DNA of 32,000 nt, taken from an uncultured Opitutales bacterium (GTDB lineage Bacteria > Verrucomicrobiota > Verrucomicrobiia > Opitutales > Intestinicryptomonadaceae). The notes beneath the pieces were generated by a model, which was given only the letters and a program-made list of their open reading frames with translations, was not told the origin of the DNA and ran no database searches. Both the position numbers and the translations under genes were made by a program. The stretch covers positions 30,366-62,365 of the forward strand of contig CAKUIA010000016.1 of the NCBI GenBank assembly GCA_934660865.1. Reading direction: 5' to 3'. Positions 17,564 through 25,820 of this stretch are shown piece after piece (the first letter of the stretch is position 1; every line of letters starts with the position of its first letter).

Positions 17564-17592
17564 TTGACAGATATTCCGTTTATCGGCATAGT
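17564..17592 (+). promoter_or_regulatory. candidate promoter of GH92 gene (TTGACA-N17-CATAGT)
   Basis: Consensus -35 with exact 17-nt spacing. The -10 ends 47 nt before the ATG at 17640. Confidence 0.45.
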
Positions 17593-17639
17593 CGAGTTTC
17601 GTTTTAGACAACTTTTTATTTAACACAACACTAACATAT

Positions 17640-19985
17640 ATGAGAGAGACAAAATTATTGGCGATTACCGCCACTTTGGCTTGTTCGGCTTTTTTTGCCG
17701 CCTGTTCAAGCGTAGACGCTCAAAATAATGGCGCGTGCGTTAAAGGCGCAAGCGCAATGGTAAATCCGATGATTGGCACTGCCGACCACGGCCACACATA
17801 TCCGGGGGCTACGCGTCCGTTTTCGGCCGTTCAGGCAAGCCCCGACAATGGCCGCTACGGTTGGGACTGGTGCTCGGGCTACCACTATTCGGTAGATTCA
17901 ATTATGGGCTTTTCGCAAACCCACCTAAGCGGCACGGGCTGCCCCGACTTGGGCGATATTTTGATTATGCCCACAACGGGCGCTTTAAAGCTTAATGCGG
18001 GCGACGCAAAAAATCCCGATTCGGGCTATCGCAGCCGTTTTTCGCACGCCGAAGAAACCGCGCAGGCGGGCTACTATTCGGTTATGCTTAAAGACTACAA
18101 CATTAAAGCCGAAATTACCTCTACCGAAAGGGCGGGTTTTTACCGCTTTACTTTCCCGAAAAGCGAGCAGTCGAGGGTGTTGCTTGATTTAACCCACCTT
18201 ATAGGCAGGGCAAACGGCGTTATGATGGCAAGCGCCAGAATTATAGACGATAGCACTGTTGCGGGGTCTCGCATTGTAAAAAATTGGGGCCCGAACAGGG
18301 AAATTTATTTTGCAATAAAGTTTTCAAAGCCGTTTTCGTCGTTCCAGTTCTACGAAAACAACCGCCCGCGCTACTTTTTCCCCGGCGAAAAGTTTAAGCC
18401 GGCCGCCCGCCATGTAGACGGCAAAGACATTAAGGGCGCATTCGATTTCGATATGAAAAACGGCGGCCAGCTTTTGGTAAAAGTGGGCATTTCAACCGTG
18501 TCGTATTCGAACGCGTTGGAAAACATTAAGGCCGAATTGCCCGACTGGAATTTCGACAGCGTTGTTGCCGATTCCAAAGCCGCATGGGACAAACAAATTT
18601 CGAAAATTTCGGTAAAGGCCGACAAGGATACTACAACCGTATTTAAAACGGCTCTTTACCATGCGACAATAGCGCCCCAGCTTAACGAAGACGTAAACGG
18701 CGAATATAGGGGCTACGACCACGCCGTGCACACGGCCAAGGGCTTTAAAAACTACACCGTATTTTCGTTGTGGGACACATTTAGGGCGCTTCACCCCCTA
18801 ATGACAATAATAGAAACCGAACGCACAAAAGACTTTGTTGCCAGCATGATGGCGCACTTCGAACAAAGCCCCTACAAAATGCTTCCCATTTGGACACTGC
18901 CGCAAAACGACACATTCTGCATGGTCGGCTACAACAGCGTTCCCGTTGTAATAGACGCATGGAGCAAGGGCTTAATGCCCAAGAACGTAAGCGAAAAAGA
19001 CCTTTTGGCGGCTTGCGTTTCCACCGCAAATCAGGATTCTTGGAAGGCTTTGGGCTACTATAAAAAGTACGGCTACATTCCCCACGACTTAAGCCACGAA
19101 GGCGTTTCCAGCGCGTTGGAATACTCATATGCAGACTCGTGCATAGCCTATATGGCGCAAAAATTGGGCGACAAAAAAGTTGCCGAAGAATTTGCAAAGC
19201 GCGGTCAAAACTTTAAAAACCACTTCGAACCCGAAACCGGCTTTATGCGCGCAAGGTTTAGCGACGGCAAGTTCAGAGAACCTTTCGACCCCCAAATTTC
19301 GGACAGGCGCAAGAGCAAAAAAGACCCCTCCGACAGAGACTACACCGAAGGCAACGGCTGGCACTGGCGTTGGTTTGCCCCGCAAGCTCCCTACGAATTG
19401 GTTAATATGATTGGCAAAGGCAAGCCCGAAAAGTTTGTCGAAGAGCTGGACAAACTCTTTACAACCGAGCGTACCGACTTTTCGGTGATCGACGTAAGCG
19501 GCCCGATTGGCGAATATGCGCACGGCAACGAACCTAGCCACCACACGACTTATTTCTATATGTTTGCAAATGCCCCGTGGAAAACGCAGGAAATGGTGCG
19601 CCGCATTATGCGCGAATTTTACACCAACAAGCCCGAAGGCATTTGCGGCAACGACGACTGCGGCCAGATGAGCGCATGGTATGTTTTAAGCGCAATGGGC
19701 TTTTACTCGTTCAACCCCTGCGGCGGAATATATGTTTTGGGTTCGCCCGCGGTTGAAGAGGCCTGCATAAACCTCGAAAGCGGCAAAACATTTAAGGTTA
19801 AGGCAATTAACCAGTCGCCCAAAAACGTTTATGTAAAGAGCGTAAGCCTAAACGGCAAGAGAATTAAACGCCCCTATATTACCCATTCCGAAATTATGGC
19901 AGGCGGCGAGCTTGTGTTCGAAATGAGCGGCAAGCCCGAAAAGGACTGCTTCGACAGCTCCGTAAAAATTCCCTACCGCCAATAA
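17640..19985 (+). CDS. glycoside hydrolase family 92 (alpha-mannosidase), probable lipoprotein
   Basis: 781 aa. The signal has a lipobox-like FAAC|SS. GTADHGHTYPGATRPFSAVQASPDN is the typical GH92 N-terminal motif. Downstream GH92 blocks are present (FSLWDTFRA.HPL, GNEPS.H..Y.Y, CGNDDCGQMSAWYV). Confidence 0.93.
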   Translation: MRETKLLAITATLACSAFFAACSSVDAQNNGACVKGASAMVNPMIGTADHGHTYPGATRPFSAVQASPDNGRYGWDWCSGYHYSVDSIMGFSQTHLSGTGCPDLGDILIMPTTGALKLNAGDAKNPDSGYRSRFSHAEETAQAGYYSVMLKDYNIKAEITSTERAGFYRFTFPKSEQSRVLLDLTHLIGRANGVMMASARIIDDSTVAGSRIVKNWGPNREIYFAIKFSKPFSSFQFYENNRPRYFFPGEKFKPAARHVDGKDIKGAFDFDMKNGGQLLVKVGISTVSYSNALENIKAELPDWNFDSVVADSKAAWDKQISKISVKADKDTTTVFKTALYHATIAPQLNEDVNGEYRGYDHAVHTAKGFKNYTVFSLWDTFRALHPLMTIIETERTKDFVASMMAHFEQSPYKMLPIWTLPQNDTFCMVGYNSVPVVIDAWSKGLMPKNVSEKDLLAACVSTANQDSWKALGYYKKYGYIPHDLSHEGVSSALEYSYADSCIAYMAQKLGDKKVAEEFAKRGQNFKNHFEPETGFMRARFSDGKFREPFDPQISDRRKSKKDPSDRDYTEGNGWHWRWFAPQAPYELVNMIGKGKPEKFVEELDKLFTTERTDFSVIDVSGPIGEYAHGNEPSHHTTYFYMFANAPWKTQEMVRRIMREFYTNKPEGICGNDDCGQMSAWYVLSAMGFYSFNPCGGIYVLGSPAVEEACINLESGKTFKVKAINQSPKNVYVKSVSLNGKRIKRPYITHSEIMAGGELVFEMSGKPEKDCFDSSVKIPYRQ

Positions 19986-20011
19986 TAGGCGCGGCTAATT
20001 GCAAATTTTAA

Positions 20012-20038
20012 CGGGGGCTTTTTAGCCTCCGTTTTTTT
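20012..20038 (+). terminator. rho-independent terminator of GH92 gene
   Basis: CGGGGGCT-TTTT-AGCCTCCG (one G-U) followed by T7. Confidence 0.85.
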
Positions 20039-20157
20039 GCGTCCATACACTTTTGATATTCGTTTTTTTCGGGGCAGGTGGGCTTTTTTGTAATGCCGCG
20101 GCATTTTTTTATAAGTTAAAAGACAATGTTTTTGCAATTTCCCCAAAAAGCACGCAT

Positions 20158-20191
20158 AAAAAAACGCGGCCGCAAAAGCTTTGCATGCCGC
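20158..20191 (-). terminator. rho-independent terminator of dxs (interrupted stem, roughly bidirectional)
   Basis: GCGGC/GCCGC outer stem plus GCAAA-AGC-TTTGC inner stem. Followed by T7 on the minus strand. Lies about 30 nt downstream of the dxs stop. Confidence 0.65.
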
Positions 20192-20221
20192 ATTTTTATT
20201 TAAAAGTTTTCCGTTAAAATG

Positions 20222-22132
20222 CTAAAAGAAAAGCCACTTTTTCTTTGTCTTTTCAAACCTCGCAAAAATGCGGTTTTTAATGGATTCGTTGTCCAGCCCC
20301 TGCGATTTGCGTATGTCGGCAACATTGCTGCCGTGCGGAACAAACCTGTCGGGCCAGCCGATTATCTCTACGGGCTTTAAAATATTCTTTTGCTCTAAAG
20401 TCTCCAAAACGGCGCTGCCAAAACCGCCTTCGGCGGAATGGTCTTCCATTGTAACTATAAGCTTTGTGTTTTCGGCATATTGGGCCAAAAGGGCTTCGTC
20501 TATAGGTTTGGAAAAGCGCGCGTTTACAACGCTTACTTTAACGGACTTTTCCTTTTCAAGTGCGTTTGCAACGGCAACGGCTTCTTTCACCATATTGCCT
20601 ATGGCCCAAATTGCAATGTCGCAGGAAGCTTCGCCCTTTACGGGAACGGCTTTGCCAATTTCGATTTTTTCGGGAGCGTCTTTCATCTTTACGCCCTCGG
20701 CCTTGCCTCTCGGATACCTTAAAAAGCAGGGCTTGCCCGATTCTATTGCAGTGTAGAGCATGTCGGCAAGCTCGTCTTCGTTCGACGGCGACATTAAAAC
20801 CGCATTGGGCAAACACCTTAAAAAGGCTATGTCGAATATGCCGTGGTGGGTTGCGCCGTCTTGCGGGCTTAGGCCGGCCCTGTCCATACAAAAAACAACG
20901 GGCAGCTTTTGCAGGCAAACATCGTGCATGGCGCAGTCGAACGCCCTTTGCATAAAGCTGGAATAAATTGCGGCAACGGGCTTTAAACCGCCCCTTGCCA
21001 GGCCTGCGGCAAAAATGGCCGCGTGCTCTTCGGCAATGCCCACATCGTAGAACTGTTCGGGCAGATTTTTCCTTAAATGCGAAAGCCCCGTGCCCGACGG
21101 CATTGCCGCGGTTATCCCCACAACCTTTTTGTCTTTTTGGGCGATTTTAAGCAGCGTTTTGCCCATTGCGTCCTGATAGGTGGGAATGTCGGGGTTGCTA
21201 AATTCCGTGCCTTCGCCCGTAAACCTGTCGTAGGGGGAAGCCCCGTGGAATTTTTCGGGGTTTTTCATTGCGCATTCCAGGCCCATTCCCTTTTTGGTGA
21301 TAATGTGCAAAAGTATGGGTTCGTCGCTTATCTTGCAAAAGTTAAGATATTGTTCCAGCTGGGCAATGTTGTGGCCGTCTATGGGGCCTAAATAGCGCAA
21401 CCCCAAATTCTCGAACATGGAAGAGGGTATAAAAAAGTCTTTCGCCTCGCGCATGGCCTTATAGGCAAACTTTTTCAGCACTTCGCTGCCGGGCACTTTT
21501 TTAAGGAACGATTCCGTATTTTTATGAACCCTGTTGTAGAGCGGGTTTGTTATAAGCTCGTTTAGGTACGAGGCAATGGCCCCTACGTTTTTGGCTATAG
21601 ACATTTCGTTGTCGTTTAAGACAATTATAAGCCTTTTTGTTGTCGTAGAAACGTTGTTTAAAGCCTCGAATGTAATGCCGCAGGTCATTACGCCGTCGCC
21701 TACAACGGCCACAACGTTTTCGTTGCCGCCCTGTTTGTCGCGCGCCGCCGCCAAGCCCAAGGCCGCCGAAATTGCAGTGCCCGCGTGCCCCGCGCCGAAT
21801 GCGTCGTGGTCGCTTTCGAATATGTTGCAAAAGCCCGCCAAGCCGCCCGTTTTGCGTATGTTTTTAAATTTGTCGCCGTTTCTGCCCGTCAACAATTTGT
21901 GGGTGTAGCACTGGTGCGAAACGTCGAAGATAATCTTGTCTTTTGGGGTGTTAAAAACCCTGTGCAGGGCAATGGAAAGCTCTACAACGCCCAAGTTTGG
22001 CCCAACGTGGCCGCCGTTTTTCGACGTTACCGAAATTATTTCCTCCCTGATTTCTTTTGCCAATTCGGGAAGCTGTTCGGGCTTTAATTGTTTTACGTCG
22101 TCGGGGCCTTTAATATTTTCCAAAAGAGACAT
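20222..22132 (-). CDS. dxs: 1-deoxy-D-xylulose-5-phosphate synthase
   Basis: 636 aa with GGH.G.NLGVVEL..ALH, D.SHQ.Y.HK.LTGR, GDG..T.G...EALN and the transketolase-like C-terminal domains. Confidence 0.97.
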   Translation of the reverse strand: MSLLENIKGPDDVKQLKPEQLPELAKEIREEIISVTSKNGGHVGPNLGVVELSIALHRVFNTPKDKIIFDVSHQCYTHKLLTGRNGDKFKNIRKTGGLAGFCNIFESDHDAFGAGHAGTAISAALGLAAARDKQGGNENVVAVVGDGVMTCGITFEALNNVSTTTKRLIIVLNDNEMSIAKNVGAIASYLNELITNPLYNRVHKNTESFLKKVPGSEVLKKFAYKAMREAKDFFIPSSMFENLGLRYLGPIDGHNIAQLEQYLNFCKISDEPILLHIITKKGMGLECAMKNPEKFHGASPYDRFTGEGTEFSNPDIPTYQDAMGKTLLKIAQKDKKVVGITAAMPSGTGLSHLRKNLPEQFYDVGIAEEHAAIFAAGLARGGLKPVAAIYSSFMQRAFDCAMHDVCLQKLPVVFCMDRAGLSPQDGATHHGIFDIAFLRCLPNAVLMSPSNEDELADMLYTAIESGKPCFLRYPRGKAEGVKMKDAPEKIEIGKAVPVKGEASCDIAIWAIGNMVKEAVAVANALEKEKSVKVSVVNARFSKPIDEALLAQYAENTKLIVTMEDHSAEGGFGSAVLETLEQKNILKPVEIIGWPDRFVPHGSNVADIRKSQGLDNESIKNRIFARFEKTKKKWLFF

Positions 22133-22134
22133 AA

Positions 22135-22371
22135 TTATTCTTTTTCTATAAATTCTTCGCTGCTCGAATCTTCGCTTATCTTTGATATTTTAAGTTCGGC
22201 GTCTTCGAGCCTTTTTTTGCAAATAGCCAGATACTTTTTGGCAAGGGAATAATCCGACACAAGCTCGTCGAGCTTAAGTTCCGACGATTCGAGCTTTTCG
22301 AGAATTTCTTCGAGCGACGCCATTGCGTCTTCAAAAGAAGTAGTTTCCAAATTTTTCTGTTTAGATGCCAT
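22135..22371 (-). CDS. xseB: exodeoxyribonuclease VII small subunit
   Basis: From the ATG at 22369-22371: MASKQKNLETTSFEDAMASLEEILEKLESSELKLDELV..Y..A..L...C...L..AE.KI. This is the typical XseB coiled-coil. The stop lies 2 nt before the dxs ATG (xseB-dxs synteny, as in the E. coli xseB-ispA-dxs operon but without ispA). The track start at 22410 is a TTG. Confidence 0.85.
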   Translation of the reverse strand: MASKQKNLETTSFEDAMASLEEILEKLESSELKLDELVSDYSLAKKYLAICKKRLEDAELKISKISEDSSSEEFIEKE

Positions 22372-22418
22372 TAACGCTATATATGATTTATAAAATTTTT
22401 GTAACGACAAGCATATTT

Positions 22419-22448
22419 TTGACTTTTGGGGTTGTTTTTGTGTAATTT
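22419..22448 (+). promoter_or_regulatory. candidate promoter (TTGACT-N18-TAATTT) upstream of the thymidine-phosphorylase-like gene
   Basis: Read from sequence. It would give a leader of about 150 nt. A consensus TATAAT at 22517-22522 lacks a matching -35. Confidence 0.3.
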
Positions 22449-22606
22449 GCTAATTTTAAATAAATTATTCTCCAAAAATTTTTTTTGCTCGACAAGACGC
22501 CTTTTATGTGTTCTTATATAATAGACGAGTATATTATACCCCTGAAAATGGGGAACATATATTCAAGTTAAAACCAATCAATATAAAAAAGTGCAAAACT
22601 TGTCCT

Positions 22607-23950
22607 ATGGCAGTTATTAAGAAAATGAGTACCAGAGCAGCGTCAAAACCGTCTTTCGCATATTTAATCGAGAAAAAACGCGACGGAAACGAATTTACCG
22701 AAGAGGAAGTTCGCATTATAGTCGACGCCATATTAGACGGTGAAATACCCGACTACCAACTTGCAGCACTTATAATGGCCGTATACTTTAAGGATATGTC
22801 GGCGCAGGAAACAGCCTGCTTTGCCGAAGAAATGCGCCTTACGGGCGAAGTTTTGGAGCTTGAAAACATTACAAGGCCCAAAGTTGCAAAATACTCTACC
22901 GGCGGCGTGGGCGACAAAACCACAATGATACTTTCGGCAATGTCGGCGGCGTGCGGCGTTGTAATGCCCTCTATGTGCAGCCAAGACGAAGACTTTATTT
23001 TGTCCATGCCCGACAAGCTTTCGTCTATAGGCGGCATAAAGACAAAGCTTTCGCTGGACGCCTTTGTAAAACAGCTTTCGGCGGTTGGAACCGCCATTGT
23101 TTCGCACGACGAAAAGATTTCGCCAGCCGATGCAATTTTGTACAATATGCGCCACAACACTGCAACAATTCCAAGTTTGCCGCTTATTGCCATAAGCGTT
23201 TTAAGCAAAAAGTTTGCCGCGGGCGCCGAGGGCTTGGTTGTAGACGTAAAATGGGGCAACGGCTCGTTTATAAGAGATCTTGAACAGGCAAAGCAGCTTG
23301 CCCGCTACATAACAAGGGTAAGCAAGGTAATGAAGCGCCGCTGTGTTGCCCTTGTTACCGATATGAACCAGCCTTTGGGCGACTCGGTTGGCCTTGGTCT
23401 TGAAGTTTTGGAGGCCGTAAAGTTCCTTAAGGGCGAAAGCGCTTCAGAAGACATGAAAGAGCTTGTTTTAAAGCTCGGTATGGAAATTGTGCGCTTGGCG
23501 GGCGTTGCGGGTTCCAACTTGTCGGCAAAGCAGTCGGTAGAAAGGGCCTTAAACGAAGGCTTGGCCTACAAAAAGTTTTTGGAAATGATTAAGGCGCAAG
23601 GCGGGTCGGCCGCATGGCTTACCGATACTTCGAAATACCCAATGCCCAAGCACGTGCGCAAGCTTGCCGCCCAAAAACGCGGCTATGTGCACAACATAAA
23701 CGCGGGCCAAATTGCAAGGGGCGTAAAAATTCTTTCCGACGGCAAACCCGGTTCCAAGCCGGACCCATTTGTGGGCGTAACCGAAATCAAAAAGATTGGC
23801 ACGCAGGTAAAGCAGGGCGAACCTTTGCTGCAAATACACTATAACGACGAGTCGAACCTGGATTCTGCAATGGAGTATTTCCGCAGCGCATACCGTTTGG
23901 CTCCGCGCAGGCCCAATCCTCCGCAAATAATAGTAGAGCGCGTAGCCTAA
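22607..23950 (+). CDS. thymidine/pyrimidine-nucleoside phosphorylase family protein, divergent (signature loop replaced)
   Basis: LIEKKRDG..FTEEE, YSTGGVGDK, SPAD..Y..R..TAT..S.PLI..S.LSKK, VDVKWGNGSF and TDMNQPLG follow DeoA/Pdp order and spacing. The start is uncertain (ATG 22607 or 22625; the track start at 22508 is a GTG). See finding on 22976..23011. Confidence 0.85.
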   Translation: MAVIKKMSTRAASKPSFAYLIEKKRDGNEFTEEEVRIIVDAILDGEIPDYQLAALIMAVYFKDMSAQETACFAEEMRLTGEVLELENITRPKVAKYSTGGVGDKTTMILSAMSAACGVVMPSMCSQDEDFILSMPDKLSSIGGIKTKLSLDAFVKQLSAVGTAIVSHDEKISPADAILYNMRHNTATIPSLPLIAISVLSKKFAAGAEGLVVDVKWGNGSFIRDLEQAKQLARYITRVSKVMKRRCVALVTDMNQPLGDSVGLGLEVLEAVKFLKGESASEDMKELVLKLGMEIVRLAGVAGSNLSAKQSVERALNEGLAYKKFLEMIKAQGGSAAWLTDTSKYPMPKHVRKLAAQKRGYVHNINAGQIARGVKILSDGKPGSKPDPFVGVTEIKKIGTQVKQGEPLLQIHYNDESNLDSAMEYFRSAYRLAPRRPNPPQIIVERVA

Positions 23951-23976
23951 CCCTTTTAATTGCAAAAAAACACGAT

Positions 23977-24004
23977 AAAAAAGCTCCCAAAACGGAGCTT
24001 TTTT
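23977..24004 (+). terminator. rho-independent terminator of the phosphorylase-like gene
   Basis: A-run, then AGCTCC-6 nt-GGAGCT, then T-run. Confidence 0.75.
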
Positions 24005-24010
24005 CTTTGT

Positions 24011-24048
24011 AAAAAACGCCCCAAGCTTTGGCTGCTTGGGGCGTTTTT
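24011..24048 (-). terminator. rho-independent (bidirectional) terminator of the GH20-like gene
   Basis: Perfect 11-bp stem ACGCCCCAAGC-7 nt-GCTTGGGGCGT, flanked by A6 and T5. Lies 24 nt from the GH20 stop. Confidence 0.85.
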
Positions 24049-24071
24049 GCCTTGTGCAAATTTAAACGGTG

Positions 24072-25784
24072 CTAGGCAAGTTTTTTAATGTTTCTTATTC
24101 TTGTAGAGGCTTCGTATAGGCCGCCAACCCTTGCGCGCGCAAGCCATACCTGTTCGAACCTGCCTATTATGAGCTTTAGCCCAATCTGCTGCGGGGTAGT
24201 TTCCGTTTTTGTGTCGGAAACCGAGCGGTTTACCGCCCACCTAATCATGTCCATTGCCAAGCCTATTTCGGCAAAGCAAATCTGCGCGTCGGCGCATATG
24301 GGCCTCGACATTTTAAGCTGGTTTAATGCGTCGTCGCACGCCCTTATGATTTTTACCAAAGCCGACGAGTTTTCTTCGGCAAGCTTTTTTACCTCTTCGG
24401 GGCTGCCGAAGAAAAGCTTGTTGTGCAGGCTATACTGTTTGTTCCACGGGTCCGCATTTGCCAAAGTTATAATTGCCTTTGCAAAATTCCTGGTTTCGTC
24501 CTTGAATATAAGCTTGCTTGCAACGCCTATTATTTCGTCCTGACTGTAGGGCGTGTCGCTCCAAGCGCACTGTGCAAATAAAGCCATTTGCATATACATT
24601 CCGCAAAACGCCTGATGGTTGCCGTTGTCGCCCCAGTTGGTTAAAATTGCGCCTTCGGCCTCGTATTTTTTTGCGCATTTGCAGGCGTTTTCTATGTTGG
24701 CTTTTGCGTTTTGCCAGCGGCATATAAAGCTGTTCCAGCAGCTTGTGCCCGGGGCAACCAAAAAGCTTCGGTTAAGGCTTTTAAGGTAGGCGCACTGCTC
24801 TTCAAACGGGCTGTCGGCCTCGTAGCCCCAAAGAATGGGCGTCATATCGGCGGGAATGTCGTTTACCGAGGGCTTGTCGTTCATAAGAACGTCTGCCCAA
24901 AAATAGGCGCGCTTGTTGTATTTTTTTACAAGGCCGTTTAGCTTGTTTAAATAGTTTGTGTAAACTTTGTATTTGCCCAGCTTTTCGCAAACTTGACTGC
25001 TTTTGCCCATTCCAAGCTCCCACGGCTCGTCGCAGCCTATGTTTACTTTGTCGGAGCTAAAAAGCGGCAAAAATTCCGAATACAAACTGTCTATAAAATT
25101 CAACGCCTTGTCGTCGGGGCAAAGGGTGGTAGGATACGGCCGCACATTGCCCATGGGGTCTGTAAATGGCGCCTTGCTTTCGGCCAAGGGCTGGTATGCC
25201 TCGTACCTAAGCCATCTGTCGAAATGCCCCAGGCTGTTTATGTTTGCAACAAGCTCTATGCCAGTTTTTTGGCATAGGCCTTCAAGCATTTTATATTCTT
25301 TGGGCGTCATCGGCGACGAGTCGCCCCAAACCAGGGGGTGGTTGCGGAACGCAAAGGTATGTTCCGTATAAAGCTCCAGCCTGTTGAATTTAAAAAGGGC
25401 AAGCATATCCACCAAATACAGCAATGTGTCCATAGTGGGCACTTTGCAGCGGCTTATGTCCAGCATAAAGCCCCTAACGGGCAGGTCGGGAAAGTCGTGT
25501 ATCTTAAGATACGGCAGCTCTTTGCACTGCATTAAAATTTGCCTTAGGGTTTGAAAGGCCAATTTTACGCTTTTGTTGTTGCAGGCAACAATAACAATGC
25601 CCGAATCGCCTATCGACAATTCGTACTCTTCGTCGTCGAAATTCGGGTTTTGCAACACCTTAACGGCGTCGCCCATGGGCATGCCGCTGTCGTCTATGCG
25701 AATGGCGTTTTCGGGCAGCTTATAGTAGCCTTCGCCGAACTCGATTTTTTTTGGAGTGGGGAAAATTGTTGGCAATTCTTGCAT
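24072..25784 (-). CDS. glycoside hydrolase family 20-like protein (beta-N-acetylhexosaminidase family), no signal peptide
   Basis: The N-terminal domain is GH20b-like (IFPTPKKIEFGEG.Y.L..., AFQTLRQIL). The TIM-barrel blocks are VRGFMLDISRCKVP....L..VD.LA.FKFNRLELYTEH, NINSLGH and NIGCDEP (Asp-Glu pair retained). Confidence 0.8.
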   Translation of the reverse strand: MQELPTIFPTPKKIEFGEGYYKLPENAIRIDDSGMPMGDAVKVLQNPNFDDEEYELSIGDSGIVIVACNNKSVKLAFQTLRQILMQCKELPYLKIHDFPDLPVRGFMLDISRCKVPTMDTLLYLVDMLALFKFNRLELYTEHTFAFRNHPLVWGDSSPMTPKEYKMLEGLCQKTGIELVANINSLGHFDRWLRYEAYQPLAESKAPFTDPMGNVRPYPTTLCPDDKALNFIDSLYSEFLPLFSSDKVNIGCDEPWELGMGKSSQVCEKLGKYKVYTNYLNKLNGLVKKYNKRAYFWADVLMNDKPSVNDIPADMTPILWGYEADSPFEEQCAYLKSLNRSFLVAPGTSCWNSFICRWQNAKANIENACKCAKKYEAEGAILTNWGDNGNHQAFCGMYMQMALFAQCAWSDTPYSQDEIIGVASKLIFKDETRNFAKAIITLANADPWNKQYSLHNKLFFGSPEEVKKLAEENSSALVKIIRACDDALNQLKMSRPICADAQICFAEIGLAMDMIRWAVNRSVSDTKTETTPQQIGLKLIIGRFEQVWLARARVGGLYEASTRIRNIKKLA

Positions 25785-25820
25785 TGTTGTATTGTGGGCC
25801 TGTTGTGTTTTGCGCGCTAA

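Noticed and set aside
20091-20102. Perfect 12-nt palindrome ATGCCGCGGCAT followed by T7 in the GH92/dxs spacer
   Set aside because: As RNA it forms only a 4-bp stem. It is probably a weak auxiliary terminator or a relative of the GCGGCA hairpins already noted, so it is not called as an independent feature.
22517-22522. Consensus TATAAT upstream of the phosphorylase-like gene, and a CCCC-TGAAAAT-GGGG hairpin at about 22541-22555 (possible riboswitch?)
   Set aside because: No acceptable -35 lies at 16-19 nt spacing. The hairpin is tiny, and I recognise no riboswitch consensus there. There is not enough evidence to call either.
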